From contig NC_043006.1 in assembly GCF_006345805.1 (NCBI RefSeq), forward strand, positions 14,570,001 through 14,634,000: a stretch of DNA of 64,000 nt, written 5' to 3'. Positions 25,705 through 38,989 of this stretch are shown piece by piece (the first letter of the stretch is position 1; each line of letters opens with the position of its first letter). Made by a program: the position numbers and the translations under genes. The notes beneath the pieces are model-generated. The model worked only from the letters and a program-made list of their open reading frames with translations, searched no databases and had not been told where the DNA came from. Origin of the DNA: Octopus sinensis. Taxonomy: Eukaryota.

Positions 25705-26203
25705 CAGCCATGGGTGGATGGTTAAGAAGTACACATTGGGACTGTGTGATTTGGGGTTTGATCCAACTGTGAATGTTGTTGATTGGCATTCTATGCTATA
25801 GATGCAAATCAACAACACCTTGAGAGTGAAAGTGGTTGACAGAAACTGAAGAAGCCTGTCATGTGTTTGTGTGTGTATGTGTAGTATCTGTGAGCAATTT
25901 TTTGTGAGTTTGTATTTCCCTTTGTTTTCATGCGTTTGCTGATTGTAATCAACCCCACTGGTTTTGTTCTTTGCATGCAGCCAACCTTGAAAGTATGTCT
26001 TACCTTCTTAGTATGTTTTTGTTTTAAATTTTCTTTTTATCATGTAACTATACCCATGTTGTTTATTTTCCAGTAGTAGGGGTTTATTACCTTGCTTGGA
26101 AAATGGTGAGGGTTGGTGGCAGGAAAAGCATCTGGCCATAGAAAATTTGCTTCAATAAATTCTGTGCAAGCATGGAAAAGTGCATTTTGAAATAATGGTG
26201 TTG
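25705..26203 (+). mobile_element. Decayed tRNA-derived SINE, tail type B
   Basis: Homologous to 32138-32543. Confidence 0.6.
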
Positions 26204-26744
26204 ATAACAAATGCTTCTCTTCCCAACAAATTATCTGAAGCATTAAAAGGGCATCTTATCATTATCTATCCCTTACAGTTCTTACTGATCATTTTCTCTT
26301 TGTCTGTCCTCTTTCCCCCTACAAGTTTGTGTAGTTGCCATGCAGATGATCCTCCACAAGTACTTGCCCTTCCCCATGCTTCCACTTCTCATAGTAATTC
26401 CCTTGTTCTTTAGCATGAAGTTGCCCTCCCCAGGGTTTGTAAACCTCTAAACTGTATGGCAACTCAATAGTGCATGTAGCACAAAAATAAAAAGCACTTA
26501 GTCTACACTATAAAGGGGTCAGTGTTAGGAAGAGCGTCCAGCCCTAGACACCATGCCAAAGCAAACATCGGAGCATGATAACAGTCCTTTGGCACATTGA
26601 TCCTCTCAAACCAGCCAACTTTTGACAGCATGGAACATGGATGTTAAATGATGATGATGATGATATTTATATACATCTTCCTTGTATTGTTTTATGCATC
26701 TTCTTGATTGCCTGCTGTTTGGTACTTAGTCCTTTTCTGTGTAC

Positions 26745-27165
26745 TTACTCAATTTTGCTGAAGGCTCAGTTATGCTGGACTGGTCAAGTCATCAGATGGA
26801 CTGACAACTGTGTACCCAGACAGCTGTTGTACGGCAAGCTCATGCAGGGCTCAAGCAAACAAGGAAGGCCTAAACTGAGGTACAAGGACACCTTGAAAAG
26901 CAACTTCAAATGGAGCGGCATTAACTAGTCTATGAAAACTTGAAGCCTCTGCTGCAGACAGATCAGCATGGAAGTCTCTCACCTCACAAGCAGCAGCTGC
27001 CTTCAAAGAAGACAACTGGTGACAACATCTCACTGCTGCAAGAGAAAGACGTCATGGGACAGTGGTCATCTCAATCCAGTCAACAGACTATCATTTTGAC
27101 ATCTGTGGGCACTTGTGTGCTTCCAGCTTTGGATTGCAGAGTCACATGCACGCTCATCGCTGAGA
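26745..27165 (+). mobile_element. RTE-clade LINE ORF2 C-terminal remnant (disrupted)
   Basis: LLKAQLCWTGQVIRW..VPRQLLYGKL..QGRPKLRYKDTLK, then AADRSAWKSL and a decayed C-terminal zinc finger (ICGHLCASSFGLQSHMHAH), with stops and frameshifts. Confidence 0.9.
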
Positions 27166-27202
27166 ACACAGACTTTGTCATTGTTGGACACCGGTTTAGC
27201 TC

Positions 27203-27280
27203 TGTGTGACCCCTTGAGCAAGTGTCTTTGTGTGACCCCTTGAGCAAGTGTCTTTGTGTGACCCCTTGAGCAAGTGTCTT
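27203..27280 (+). repeat. 26-bp x3 tandem of a SINE CORE-like segment
   Basis: tgtgtgaccccttgagcaagtgtctt repeated exactly three times. Confidence 0.92.
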
Positions 27281-27377
27281 CTGTTATGTCCCTGGGTTGA
27301 CTGAAACCTTGTGGCTGGATTTGGTAGCTGGAAACTAAAATAAGCTTTTTACATAAATATTTAAAAATCGTTTTCAA

Positions 27378-27596
27378 CCCTTTCATTACTGTATTTATTT
27401 TGAGGTGCTCTGTGTTTCTTCCAATTACTTTAAATATAGCAAAGAATTTAGTAAAATAACTTAGTTATCATTCAGCTAGTGTTAGGAAAATAAATTGTGA
27501 TTAAGGTTTGGTGAAAGATTTTAATGCAAAACTTATGAAAACAAGACATTTGTACTAGAGCCATAGGCGGTTTCAGCCGGGTTGGTAACAAAAGGG
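27378..27596. mobile_element. piggyBac-like MITE (family P1-related)
   Basis: CCCTTT...CAAAAGGG-TTAA termini; internal gaatttagtaaaataact shared with other copies. Confidence 0.75.
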
Positions 27597-28294
27597 TTAA
27601 AGGCAAAACAATGCAAATTGTAAGAAATGATACAAGTTGATGGTTTTTACTATTACCTTGTATTTCAATACTTCGGCTTGCTTTCCTTTGTCTGACAGTC
27701 TGACTAAGGTGAACATGCAAAAAAGTGACTAAGCATAAAAGCATCAAGTTTTATTGCCTTTGAGCTGTGTTATAGTATTTTTATTAGGGCTTAGAAATTG
27801 AGCTCTCAATTCCGCCATTATTTATCGACTTTATGTCTATTCTTTTACTCTTTTACGTGTTTCAGTTATTGGACTGTGGCTATGCTGGGGCACTGCCCTA
27901 TCAGATCAGTTGAACAAATTAACCCCCAGTACTTTTACTATCAGATTCTTTTGCTCAGCTGCGAAACTACGGAGATATAAACAAACCAACACTTGTTAAA
28001 ATGGTGAGGGGACAAATGCAAAGACACACACACACATCATCATCATCATCATCATCATTTAGCGTCCGTTTTCCATGCTAGCATGGGTTGGACACGCGTA
28101 TATTTATCATCATTTACTGTCCGTCTTCTATACTGGCATGCGATGGATGGTTTATGTATGTTTAATGAGCTTCCATGTAGTTTTTGCCTACCAAATTCAG
28201 TCATAAGGCATTGGTTGGCCTTGTCCAAGATGCTGCCCATTGGGACTGAACTCAGAACCACATGGTTGTGAAGCAAACTTAACTACACCCGTCT

Positions 28295-28444
28295 GTGGCG
28301 TTAGGAAGAGCATCCAGCTGTAGAAACTCTGCCAGATCAAGATTGAAGCCTGGTGCAGCCATCTGATTCGCCAGCCCTATGTCAAATCGTCCAACCCATG
28401 CTAGCATGGAAAGCGGACGTTAAACGATGATGTTGATGATGATG
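28295..28444 (+). mobile_element. (GAT)n-tailed RTE-type 3' end
   Basis: Same family as 4455; inverted partner at 28036-28093. Confidence 0.85.
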
Positions 28445-28900
28445 TTTTTATGGCTAGCAAGTAATTGCTACAGTAATGAGTGTGATATAATAAGCACTGT
28501 AATTTTAAAGTAACAGTTTCATCTGACTTGATTGCTACGGCCATCATTTAAAAAAAATATTGATTCTCAAAAGGATGGAACGGCCACCTATTTAAGAAAT
28601 ATATAATTTTTCAAATATTTTTTTCCTGATTTTTTTTTTTTTAATCATCTGCAAAAAAGCAAACATTTTTAACAAATTTGTTTTTTTTTTTGTCTGGAAT
28701 CATTGATATCAACCTTTTCTGTATTTGTTTCTAATTGTCTTCAGATGTCATATTTTTGTATACTTACATCGCACTTAGTCTTGAATTGGGATGTAGGAAA
28801 TAAATATGTCGGAAAGCCAGGAGTAACAGACAAGTGGCTCCCTACAAGACAGAAAGTGTTTTAACCAAAACAGTGGAACACACCTCAAATGTTACATTAA

Positions 28901-29106
28901 CCCTTTTGTTACTATCAAATGATGAAATGCACTGCCTTTTCATTAATTTTAAAAAATAATCCAGAATTTAGTAAAATAACCTTTTAATTATTAAGCTAGT
29001 ATTTGGAACATAAATTAACATGAAATTTTGATGGGATGCTTAAATTCAGATCATTTTAAAACAACAAGTTTGTATCATGGAACCAGATATCTTGGTATCA
29101 AAAGGG
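28901..29106. mobile_element. piggyBac-like MITE, family P1
   Basis: TTAA-CCCTTTTGTTAC ... GTATCAAAAGGG-TTAA (TIRs plus TTAA TSD). Confidence 0.88.
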
Positions 29107-29412
29107 TTAATGTGATATTGATAAAAGTCTCACAATTGTCAAAGACAATACCACATCAAAATTAAAGTCTTTAATGTTAAATTTCACTCTATGTCATTTC
29201 AGCTTCAGATCAAACTGTGTCATCTTTACTATTTTTTTTTACTGAAGTATTAATTAATACATTAATCATTTTTCCTCTCTTTTAAATATTAGTCTGTTTA
29301 TTAAAAAAAAAATTCAATAAGAATACTAAAATATGACTTGAGGTTCTAATTATTTAAAAAAAAAAAAGATTTATTTTTTATACTTACAAATTCTTTCTTT
29401 TTTTAATTACAG

Positions 29413-29457
29413 ATCAATTGGATTGCTAAATTCTATTTAGGTCACCTACAGCATCAA
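29413..29457 (+). other. Candidate 45-nt internal exon
   Basis: Branch-like tacttac, long pyrimidine tract, TACAG| acceptor, CAA|GTAAGA donor. Open in phase 0 (INWIAKFYLGHLQHQ); no homology recognised. Confidence 0.3.
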
Positions 29458-29687
29458 GTAAGAATTATTAGAATTTGTTTTTAATTGTATGATTTTTAGG
29501 TCAGACTTGTACAGATGTTATCAACTATGAATCTAGTGTATGATCTGCATAATTTGTTGCAGTCTGACATCTAGTGCATCACTATATCTTTTGTGTTGTT
29601 GAATGTTGCTTTTGTGGTTAAATTTGTCATCAATATCATTTGCAATGTGATTGGATTAATTAGACTTTGTATCAAAAAATTTGAGAT

Positions 29688-30100
29688 GTAAGTGTGGCCT
29701 CCAAATGGTTAAGCAGTTTGCCTAACCCATGGTTTTGAGTTTAGTCCTACTGCACAGCACCTTGGACAAGGGTCTTCTACTATAACCCGAGGCCAAAGTC
29801 TTGTGAGTGGATTTGGTAGAGGGAAGCTGAAAGATGCCCGTTGAATACGTGTGTGTGTGTATGTGTGTGTGTTTTTGTCTTGACACCATATGGTAGTTAC
29901 AAACGAATGTTACTGTTATACATGTAGTATAATTTGTTTCTGTGAAAACATGACTGGCTATGGGGAAATATTACCTTGCTTGGAAACAGCTGAGGTTTGG
30001 CAAACAGGTAGGGCTTCTTATCAGGAAATCTGCCTCAACAAAGTCTGCCAACTCATGCAAGCATGGAAAAGTGGGTGTTAAAATGAAGGTCATGATAATG
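29688..30100 (+). mobile_element. tRNA-derived SINE, tail type B
   Basis: Homologous to 32138-32543. Confidence 0.8.
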
Positions 30101-32137
30101 GGTTTAGCCATGGGTCTCTTGGCTCTTTCTATTTGATTTCTGTTTTGAAGATTTGAAAATTTGTTCTACGAATCAGAAAGGTAAAAAAAATGCTAAAAAT
30201 TCAGTGTTTCATGCAAAACTGAACTCTTTTTTTTTATTATAAAATTCTCATTTGCTGTTCATCCACAAATTACTTATATTAAAAAAAAAAAGCAATGAAA
30301 ATGAAAACAAAATGGAAATATAGTCTCATGTTTATAAAATCTATTTAGAACGTCTAAATTGTTACTGATTGTAACAAGATGATAATTAGTCTCTTTACAT
30401 CAATACCTGTTCAATCAAGTATTTAAGTTTATGAACGTTTGAAATAATCTAGTGATCAAGAAATAATAATCTAATCAATCACAGAGGTTTCCAAACAGTT
30501 CTTTATTTTTGCAGAGATCCAACATTTGTTTATATCTTGTTCTATCACTATGCAAAATTACATAATAAAATTGTGTACTGGTTATAGACTGCTTCCTTTA
30601 TAGCTTATTTCTTTAAATTCAAATAAGAAATTTTTCTATTGTTATGTTTTTGTGATATTTGCTTTCTTCTCTTCTTCCCTTGTATTTCTTTCATTGTGTG
30701 TGTGTGACATCTTAATTCTGTGAAATTGTTAAAATTTAGTCATCGTTTTATTACAAATTTCATTTAGAGTTCATTAAGGTTTGACAGTTATAGAAACCAT
30801 ACAATAACTATTAAAACAATCTCATCTCACCGAAACAGTAATTGCTAATAGTTTAAAAAAACATAAAACTACTAAAAGAAAAAATTCCATTCTCAGACAA
30901 AAATTTCATCCCAAGAACTTGCTCCCCCTTACCACCACCAAGAAAAGGGAGCTTTTATTGTAACCTAAAAGTACTGCTGTCAGCATGCCGTACCAATTCA
31001 AATGCAGTATAATTTCTTTAGAATGTACCATACACACAGAAAGCTATTGTGCTTTTTTTTCTTTCTTTCCCTCTGTGAAACTTAGTAATTATTGTTTTTC
31101 TGTATGCTCTTATGTATCAGCTGCTGCCAACTGCTAGCATCCGGAAATTTCTCAAACTACACTTCCCCACCCCCCTGCCAATAGTGTAATGTTTATTTGA
31201 AATTCCTATTGTCTTCAGCTGCGATCTATGCAAAATTAGAAAATGAATTTAGCAAAATAATTTATTTGCAGGCTTGAGCAAAGCACACTAGTGTACTTAA
31301 AGCATCCTTTACAGTAAACTTGGCTTTTACTGTTGTCGTAAACAACCTGGGCAAACTTTCAAGTTGAATATAATATATCCACTTGTAAGTTTTTATCTGA
31401 AGTTAATTAAGGAGTAATGTTAAGTGATTTAGGATTTAAATATAGTGTCTGTTCTCATTGTCTTTTCAATTAGCTACATTTGAAATACTATTTCTTTTTG
31501 TACTTCTGACCTCTAAAGTAGCAGTTTGGGTTTCTACAAGATGGTGACTTTCTATATATGCATGTGTGTTTGTGTTCTACTTACCTGATTATAGGTGATG
31601 CTTGCATTTCACAATTAAAAAAAAGTTATTGTCTCAAAGTATCTGGTTGTAAAAGAAATATGTATTATAACAATTCATTAGCTAACATCCAAATCCAAAT
31701 TAATTGAGACATTCATCTCATCCATTTTTGGCTGAATACTGTCACAGGCCCAAAGTTTAAAAGCAAGGTAGACATTTTTTGTTATTACTCTGCATTTCAA
31801 AATGAAACAAAACAAATGAGAACATGACTGAATATGTCTGGGAAAAGTTTTTACACAGACCGACTTTCTTGTGGATTATTGTCATCATCATATAATATCC
31901 GTTTTCCATGCTGGCATCATGACCAAATTATTATGCTACGTAATTTCAATCAGACGTGTGTCTGACAGACCTCAAATGGATTCCATATTCCTTTTTGCTT
32001 CACGGGTTTTGAATATAAATTGTCATGGACTGATTAACAGTATTTACAATCTGAATGATTCATAAGTCAACGATAGTAGTTCCTTTTGGGTTAAGTGCAT
32101 TATATAAAGAAATGACATGCAAGATATTTATAAATAT

Positions 32138-32543
32138 AGGCATGGCTGTGTGGTTAAGATGCTTGTTTGCCAGCCATGTGGTTCCAGGTTCAGTTCCACT
32201 GTGTAGTATCTTGAGCAAGTGTCTTTTACTATTGCTATGGGCCAACTAAAGCCTTGTGAGTGGATTTGGTAGATGGAAACTAAATGAAGCCTGTTGTATT
32301 TATATATGTATCTATGTGCCCTTGCCTTGACATCACGTGATAGCTGTAAGCATGCATCACCATCATGCAAGTAATGTTGTTTGTTTCTGTCTTCTGTGAA
32401 ACGCATGAATAGCTATGGGGAAATATTACCTTGCTTGAAAACAGGTTGGCAACAGGAAAGGTATTTTGGTCATCGAAAATCTGCCTCAAATTCCACCGGT
32501 TCCATGCAAGCTTGGTAAAGTAGATGTTGAAATAATGATGATG
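32138..32543 (+). mobile_element. tRNA-derived SINE, tail type B ((GAT)n end)
   Basis: ggcatggctgtgtggttaag head, ggttcagttcc B-box-like, tail ggggaaatattaccttgcttg...ccatgcaagc...atgatgatg. Confidence 0.85.
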
Positions 32544-32778
32544 TAATTAGTAAGCATTTATCCTCTGTAGTTGATGTTTTTCCAAGTCAAAAAGGCTGGT
32601 GGAAAAAGAATGGCTTGCTGGGTAATAACAAAGAAGCATCACAGGGGATTTAATTTTACTTTATTGATAACCTGAATTTTTTTTTTTTAATAAAGTATAA
32701 ATTAAGGAATATTTAAAGTAACAGGATTATTTATAACCAGTTTTAAAACTAATATTAAAACGCAGTTCTGTGTAACTT

Positions 32779-32901
32779 CACATGGTTCTGGGTTCAGTCC
32801 CACTGCGTGGCACCTTGGGCAAGTGTCTTCTACTATAGCCTCGGGCCGACCAAAGCCTTGTGAGTGGATGTGGTTGACAGAAACTGAAAGAAGCCCGTCG
32901 T

Positions 32902-32962
<61 letters not shown>

Positions 32963-33173
32963 GTGTGTGTTTGCGTGTCTGTGTTTGTCCCCCCAACATT
33001 GCTTGACAACCGATGGTAGTGTGTTTACATCCCCGTAACTTAGCGGTTCGGCAAAAGAGGCTAATAGAATAAGTACTAGGCTTACAAAGAATAAGTCCTG
33101 GGGTCAATTTGCTCGACTAAAGGCGGTGCTCCAGCATGGCCGCAGTCAACTGACTGAAACAAGTAAAAGAGTA
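32779..33173 (+). mobile_element. tRNA-derived SINE, tail type A
   Basis: Near-identical reverse complement of 23441-23825; central (TA)n. Confidence 0.9.
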
Positions 33174-34577
33174 TAGATCTAAGTTTGCAAGTCTCTTTAA
33201 GCCATTTGCAGCCAAAGTGAAAAAGCTATGGGCACAGTCATAGCTGTGTAGTTAAGAAGTTTGTTTCTAATATTTTTAGATTATAATTTATTGAAAACCA
33301 TCTTTTTAGGATGTAGATATCAAAATCAAATCTGTTTTCTTCAAGGATGCACTGTTTCAGAGCCTTTTTGGGTTAAAACACATATACACTCTCATTTATA
33401 TAGGAGATACATATCTTGGCAGGAAGAGCGTTTGACTGTAGAACAATATTTAAGCACCCCAGCATGGCTGCAGTTCTTGACCTGAGACTGGTTGAAGAGT
33501 TAAAGAGTGGATGTGTGCAGTGAAGCTTGGTGCAGTCCCTTGGCTTACCAGCTCCTTGTCAAACCAGCCACCGCATCCCAGCATGGAAGAGAGACATTAA
33601 GTGATGAGGTGGAGGCGTGTGATCAAGAAGTTTGCTTCTCAAGCACGTGGTTTTTGGATTTAGTTCCACTGTGTGACGCTCTGGGCAAGTGTGATCTACT
33701 GAAGCCCTGGGCTATCCAAAGCCTTGCAAGTGAATTTGGTTGATAGAAACTGAAAAAACATTGGTATGTGTGCATGTACATGTGTGAGTCTGTGTTTATT
33801 TACATTTGTACACACTTTTATGAATGTCTTGACTTATAAGTGGGGGATGTTGTAATTTCTTCTGTTAACAAATCCTTTGCTTTCTTTGTGCCTTTGAAGC
33901 CTTGTGGAATAAGAAATCTCTTACTTGAAAAACTTGTATGGATTAATGGCAGGAGATGTGGCTGAATGGATTTGGTAATAGGCCACCACTTTATAGGTTT
34001 TGGGTTCAAACCAGCTTCCAACATTTTGTGTTACGAGACAGCACACTTAATTCTGGGTACTTAGCTGCTGTGAAGTTGAACTGGATTACCTGGATATGTT
34101 ATATTTGAGACTGGCATCTTGTCCAGAAATGAATTATTCCTTATCTGCTCTGCACCAAGAAAACTGGTTCCACGAAGCACGAGAAGAAATTTATGTAGTT
34201 TACATTTGCTTGGATTAAGCATCTTCTTATTTATTTGAGGGACAGACAGACATTTTATATCAGCATCTCTGCTGGGCAAACAATTTTATTAAGCAATTTG
34301 TGTAGTTATGTTTGAGGATTTGGATCGTGGTTACGTCACCATCTTTTAATATCCATGTTCCATGTTGATATGAATTGGACAGTTTGATAGAATCCTAGGG
34401 GGAAGGGGAAGAGGGGCCCAAGGACTGCATTGTGCCCCACTGTTTATTTTGGTAGGGTTGAGGGGTGGATATAGTGTATGTTGGTTGGAGGGTGTGTGAC
34501 CAATGATGCATTTGTGTTGGGCATAGTAGCAGAATAATAATGATAACAATAGACAGGAGAAGGATGAGAGAAAGAGC

Positions 34578-34608
<31 letters not shown>

Positions 34609-34756
34609 AGAAAGAGAGAGATATGACAAGTAGTTGGGTAGGTTGCAAGAGTGTGGGGAAGGAGAGAGAAGTGAGAGATGTGGTGGAGAAGGTGAGATGA
34701 GTTGATGTCTTGGAGGTGGGGAACAATGTAAAGTCTGGATGGAGAAGATAGTATTA

Positions 34757-34933
34757 ATCCATGCCACAAATGCCTATAAACACCTCTTATCTGTAGCTGT
34801 GAAATCCCAGTGGTACGTATATGCTCTGCTCACAGACATAAAATCCCAGAGATGCTTAAATGCATCTTTTAACGGTCCATATGGGATTTCATAGCTGTAA
34901 ATAAGAGGCACTCATTTGCGCCTCTGGTATGGA
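34757..34933. repeat. Imperfect foldback
   Basis: cctcttatctgtagctgtgaaatccca (~34782-34808) vs tgggatttcatagctgtaaataagagg (~34882-34908); outer atccatgcca / tggtatggat. Confidence 0.7.
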
Positions 34934-35578
34934 TCGTGCTAAGGATGGGGCATGTATATCAAGTGAAATGGTTCCTGGTAGTGTAAAAGATTAGTGGTAT
35001 CAAAAGAAAGTTGGAGTTAGAGAAATAAAAAGTGGTGGGTGGTGTCTTGAGGAAATTGGACAAAGGTCCTGGTTGAGCATGTCTGTTCCTAATATTGATT
35101 AATATGGAACGAAATCAAGTAATTTAATTTCTTAGTACCCAGCATCTTAGATGCACGTCTTGCATAGATATTGTAATGAACAGGTTTAAAATTGCTTTTT
35201 AGATTAAAACTGAAAACAAGGCTGATCCAGCTAGCATAACATTATAATAAATAATTATTATGAAGGCTGTTAATTTATTGGAAAAAAGACTGCTAAATAA
35301 GGAATATAAATGGAGTGCATGGTTAAGAAGTTTGCTTCCCAATAGGGACCTAAACACATTAACACTGGTCTTCAAGTTGTGGTGGGACACATACACACAC
35401 ACACACACACACACATGATGGGCTTCTTTCAGTTTTCATCTACAAAATCTACTCCCAATGCTTTGGTTGGCCTGAGGTTATAGTAGAAGACATTTGCTCA
35501 AGATGCCACACAATGGGACTGAAACTAGAACCATGTGGTTGTGAAGCAAGCTTCTTACCACAGCCATACCTGCACCTT

Positions 35579-35800
35579 CTTGTCTTGAGACAGCATTCAC
35601 CCAGGGTGGGTTGAGCTGGCTTCATTCATCCTCAATGCTACATCTCTCACAAACGCCGACCAGGCCTGGCGATTTGAGGCTAACGACCGCGTGATCTCCA
35701 ACCTCTCACTATTCCAGTGGCGAACACCGTAGACATGGGGGCCTAGGTTGTGTTCCAGATCAGCCTTGACCGTCATCAGCCAGGTTTTTCGTTGTCAACC
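35579..35800 (-). mobile_element. RTE-clade LINE 3' end
   Basis: QRKTWLMTVKADLEHNLGPHVYGVRHWNSERLEITRSLASNRQAWSAFVRDVALRMNEASSTHPG*; second copy at 54285-54400. Confidence 0.8.
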
Positions 35801-37576
35801 ATCTGCTTTGTTTATTTGCTGTTTTATTCTGTATTTGCATTAGTTTCACTTTCTTTGATATTATTCATATAATTTTGTTGGAGGACTGCGATATCATTTC
35901 CTGTTGTTGGCCATTCAGCCATGAAGAAGGTGTGGAATCTATTTCCTGGCATGTAAATAAGATACGCATGGTTGTGTCTCTTACGTAAAAGTACAATGCA
36001 ATGGTTGTAGTATGATTGGAACTGTAGTATGTGGTTGTCAGTGCTCCAAATATTTTTTTCTCTTTTTTCATATCTTTTAGTCAGCAAGCAAGACAGTGCC
36101 CATGCTTCCTTTACAGGGCCTCTGAGACAGGTGGGAAAGAGGGAGGGATAAAGGTATCCTCAAACTGGAAACATGGCCTGAATGCTTGTAACAGAGTGGA
36201 CTATACTAAAGGTACCTAATGTGCCAAGTGATCCCTCTCTCTCTTTCGGAGAGGCACGAGCACCTACACGCCATATGCACACATGGCAGTAACTTCCACC
36301 TACCGAATTCAATCACAAAGCTTCAGGCGGCCCGGGGCTATAGCAAAAGACACTTGCCCAAAGTGCCACGCAGTGGGACTGAACCCGAAGCCATGTAGCT
36401 AGTTAATTAAATTGGGTGACTAATATAGTCTACCATCCAGGTATGCCATGGTGGTTCTTTGAACTTAAAATGCAAAAAGTGGAGCAAAAACCTCTGGACA
36501 TCTGGTCCGTTATTCTTAGTTTTGCCAGTCTACTGCACAGGATTGTTATTTTCTCATTGACCCTGAAAAAATGAAAGGCAAAGATGATCTTGGTGGGATT
36601 TGAACTCAGAGTGCATAGTATTGGAACAAATACTGCAAAGCTTTCTATCCGACACCATTTGCAGGATACATATTTAGTCAATGTGAAGTTAAAGTATTAT
36701 GTTTAAATTTAGATATCAAGCTGTTCTAGTCTGTATTTATAGTGGGAGTTATTTAGTTTAATTGTAGTATTGATTCATAATCGATCATCATTTAAATATA
36801 ATGTGATCCTAAAAGCCAATGATTGAAGTCTCATCTTCAAAATGTGGAAGTTGTGCATAAGTTATAGTAGGAAATACTTGGATGACGAAAGCCAAGTTTT
36901 TTTGATATAATACTAGCAAAGATCTGCAGTGGCAACAATTTAAAATATCTTAGTGGAAACAAAAAAAGGAATATGTGCAGTACAATGCAGTACAGTGCAT
37001 GGTAGTAAAAGTAGAAAGCCTATAAATTATGTGGAGCAATTACATAGTTTCTTCATCCTCTAGATTGTAAATGTCGATTTCCACCAACTTGTTGAGTTTA
37101 GACGTTTTAATTTCCACTTCAGACTGTAATGAATTCCTGCAATAAGAATGAATGACTAATTCTTTTTATTTTTAATTAGCCTGTTGATTCTTATCTCCAA
37201 TGTAATTGCGATATTTAAACTGGTGACATGTCCCTTCCTCCTTCAACCAAAACGATCCTTCTTTTATACATTTCTACAATTGCACACTGTAAAAGAATAT
37301 TTTGAATTCTTTTCTCTATCCACTTGTGGACTTGTATTACATTAATATCTCGAACAGCAGAATGAGGGAGACAGACTAAAACTAGACTGTTTCCCTAGTT
37401 AAACATAATGAGTTACCAATTGGTAGTAATTTATTATTGTTTCATAAATTTATTTGTTTTTGAAATATTAGATGACTATATTTTATTTGCAAGAAATTAT
37501 TTCACATTCTATTTGTTGATTGATAGTAATTCTGATGTGGTTTAGACAAGTTGACTGACTTCTGTTTTATTTTATA

Positions 37577-37967
37577 CTAGCAGTATCGCCCGGCGTTGCT
37601 CGGGTTTGTTTCGACCCTTTTGAATTGGAATTTTCGAAAGGTAAAAATTTTGCATTATGTAGCTTGTTATTCTCTTTAAGTGAACATTTTTCTGGTTGAA
37701 ATACACCGAAAAGTGGCGACACAGCAGTCAAAAAATCGTAAAAAATAGGGATTTTCATAGAAAAAAAAGCACCTTTTTGATGTAAATAGATTTTGGTGTT
37801 AACATGGTCTGATTTAAATTTTTTCTTCTACGGAAGGAAGAGCAAGCCATCTTCTAACATACTCTCAATTTTGGTCAACTTGCGCTGCAGGGTCTCGGAG
37901 GAGATAGTGTTAGTTGTAGGCTACGAAACCTGCCATACACAAACAACTTCAGCTTTAAATATAGAGA
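37577..37967 (-). mobile_element. Non-autonomous Helitron, family B
   Basis: Minus strand: TCTCTATAT 5' end ... CCCGAGCAACGCCGGG hairpin, CGATACTGCTAG|T. Confidence 0.9.
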
Positions 37968-38539
37968 GTTTATATAATAAGGATTTTTGTCCTTTATCTT
38001 TGGCCATAGTTGATGGCATTTTGTGTTCTGAAGGATTTTACCCTGTGTTTTTGTTTTTTTCCTTTTTGGCATATCTTTTTTGAAAGATTTTTGTATATCA
38101 GTCAGTTTAGATTTATCAGCTGACTTAAATCTAGGATTTTTGCCATTTCTTAGATAAGTGAAGAGATTGCCAGCAAATAGTTTTCATTATTCATTCCTGT
38201 ATATTATATAAATGTGTAAAACTTACCCTCCCAGGTCAGCAAATAAAGTACATGTAAAAATGTCACACACACACAAACACATCTGCTTTTTGCACTCCCC
38301 CACTTTTGTTCCTTCTATCTTCTCTGATATAGGACCATTTCCCTGGCATGCTTTGAATCTGAGACTGTACTGTGAAATTGTAGAATTATGCTCATCCTCA
38401 TTGAATGGCCAGTCCTAAAACATAAAAAAAAAAATAATAAAAAAAGGAAACATTTAGAGATTAGTAAATACTTTTCTAGTATTTTTGGAGCTTATGCAAC
38501 TTGTAAGATTTTTACAAATCACTCAACTGCTATCTCTAG

Positions 38540-38952
38540 CATTCTTTTCAGTCCAGTTTATTCTATATTACAACTTCATTCACATTCCTTCTTGCCTCTC
38601 AGTGGAATAGCAGTAATGAAAACTTACAGCTGCTCTAGTTCAAAATCTTTCTTTTTCCATTCCTCTAAGTTCATTTGTTGTTTCTTCTATGCTGAATTCA
38701 TCCAACAATTGTCAGTTTGACCATATCTCATTCTTGCGTTGAAGACTTCTATTTCATATTTTACTAACCTCTCTTTGTAGTTACTGTCTTTGGTGATTTT
38801 TAATGCATACCACACCTCTTGGCTGTTGCACTCCTCCCATAGCAGTGCTACAGTTCAGAGACTGGGTTATTTGCTGTTCTAACTTCCGCATGAGTTATTT
38901 TACTCATATTTCTGACTGGCAAATTGCTTTTCCGAAAGCACTTCTGACTTCT

Positions 38953-38989
<37 letters not shown>

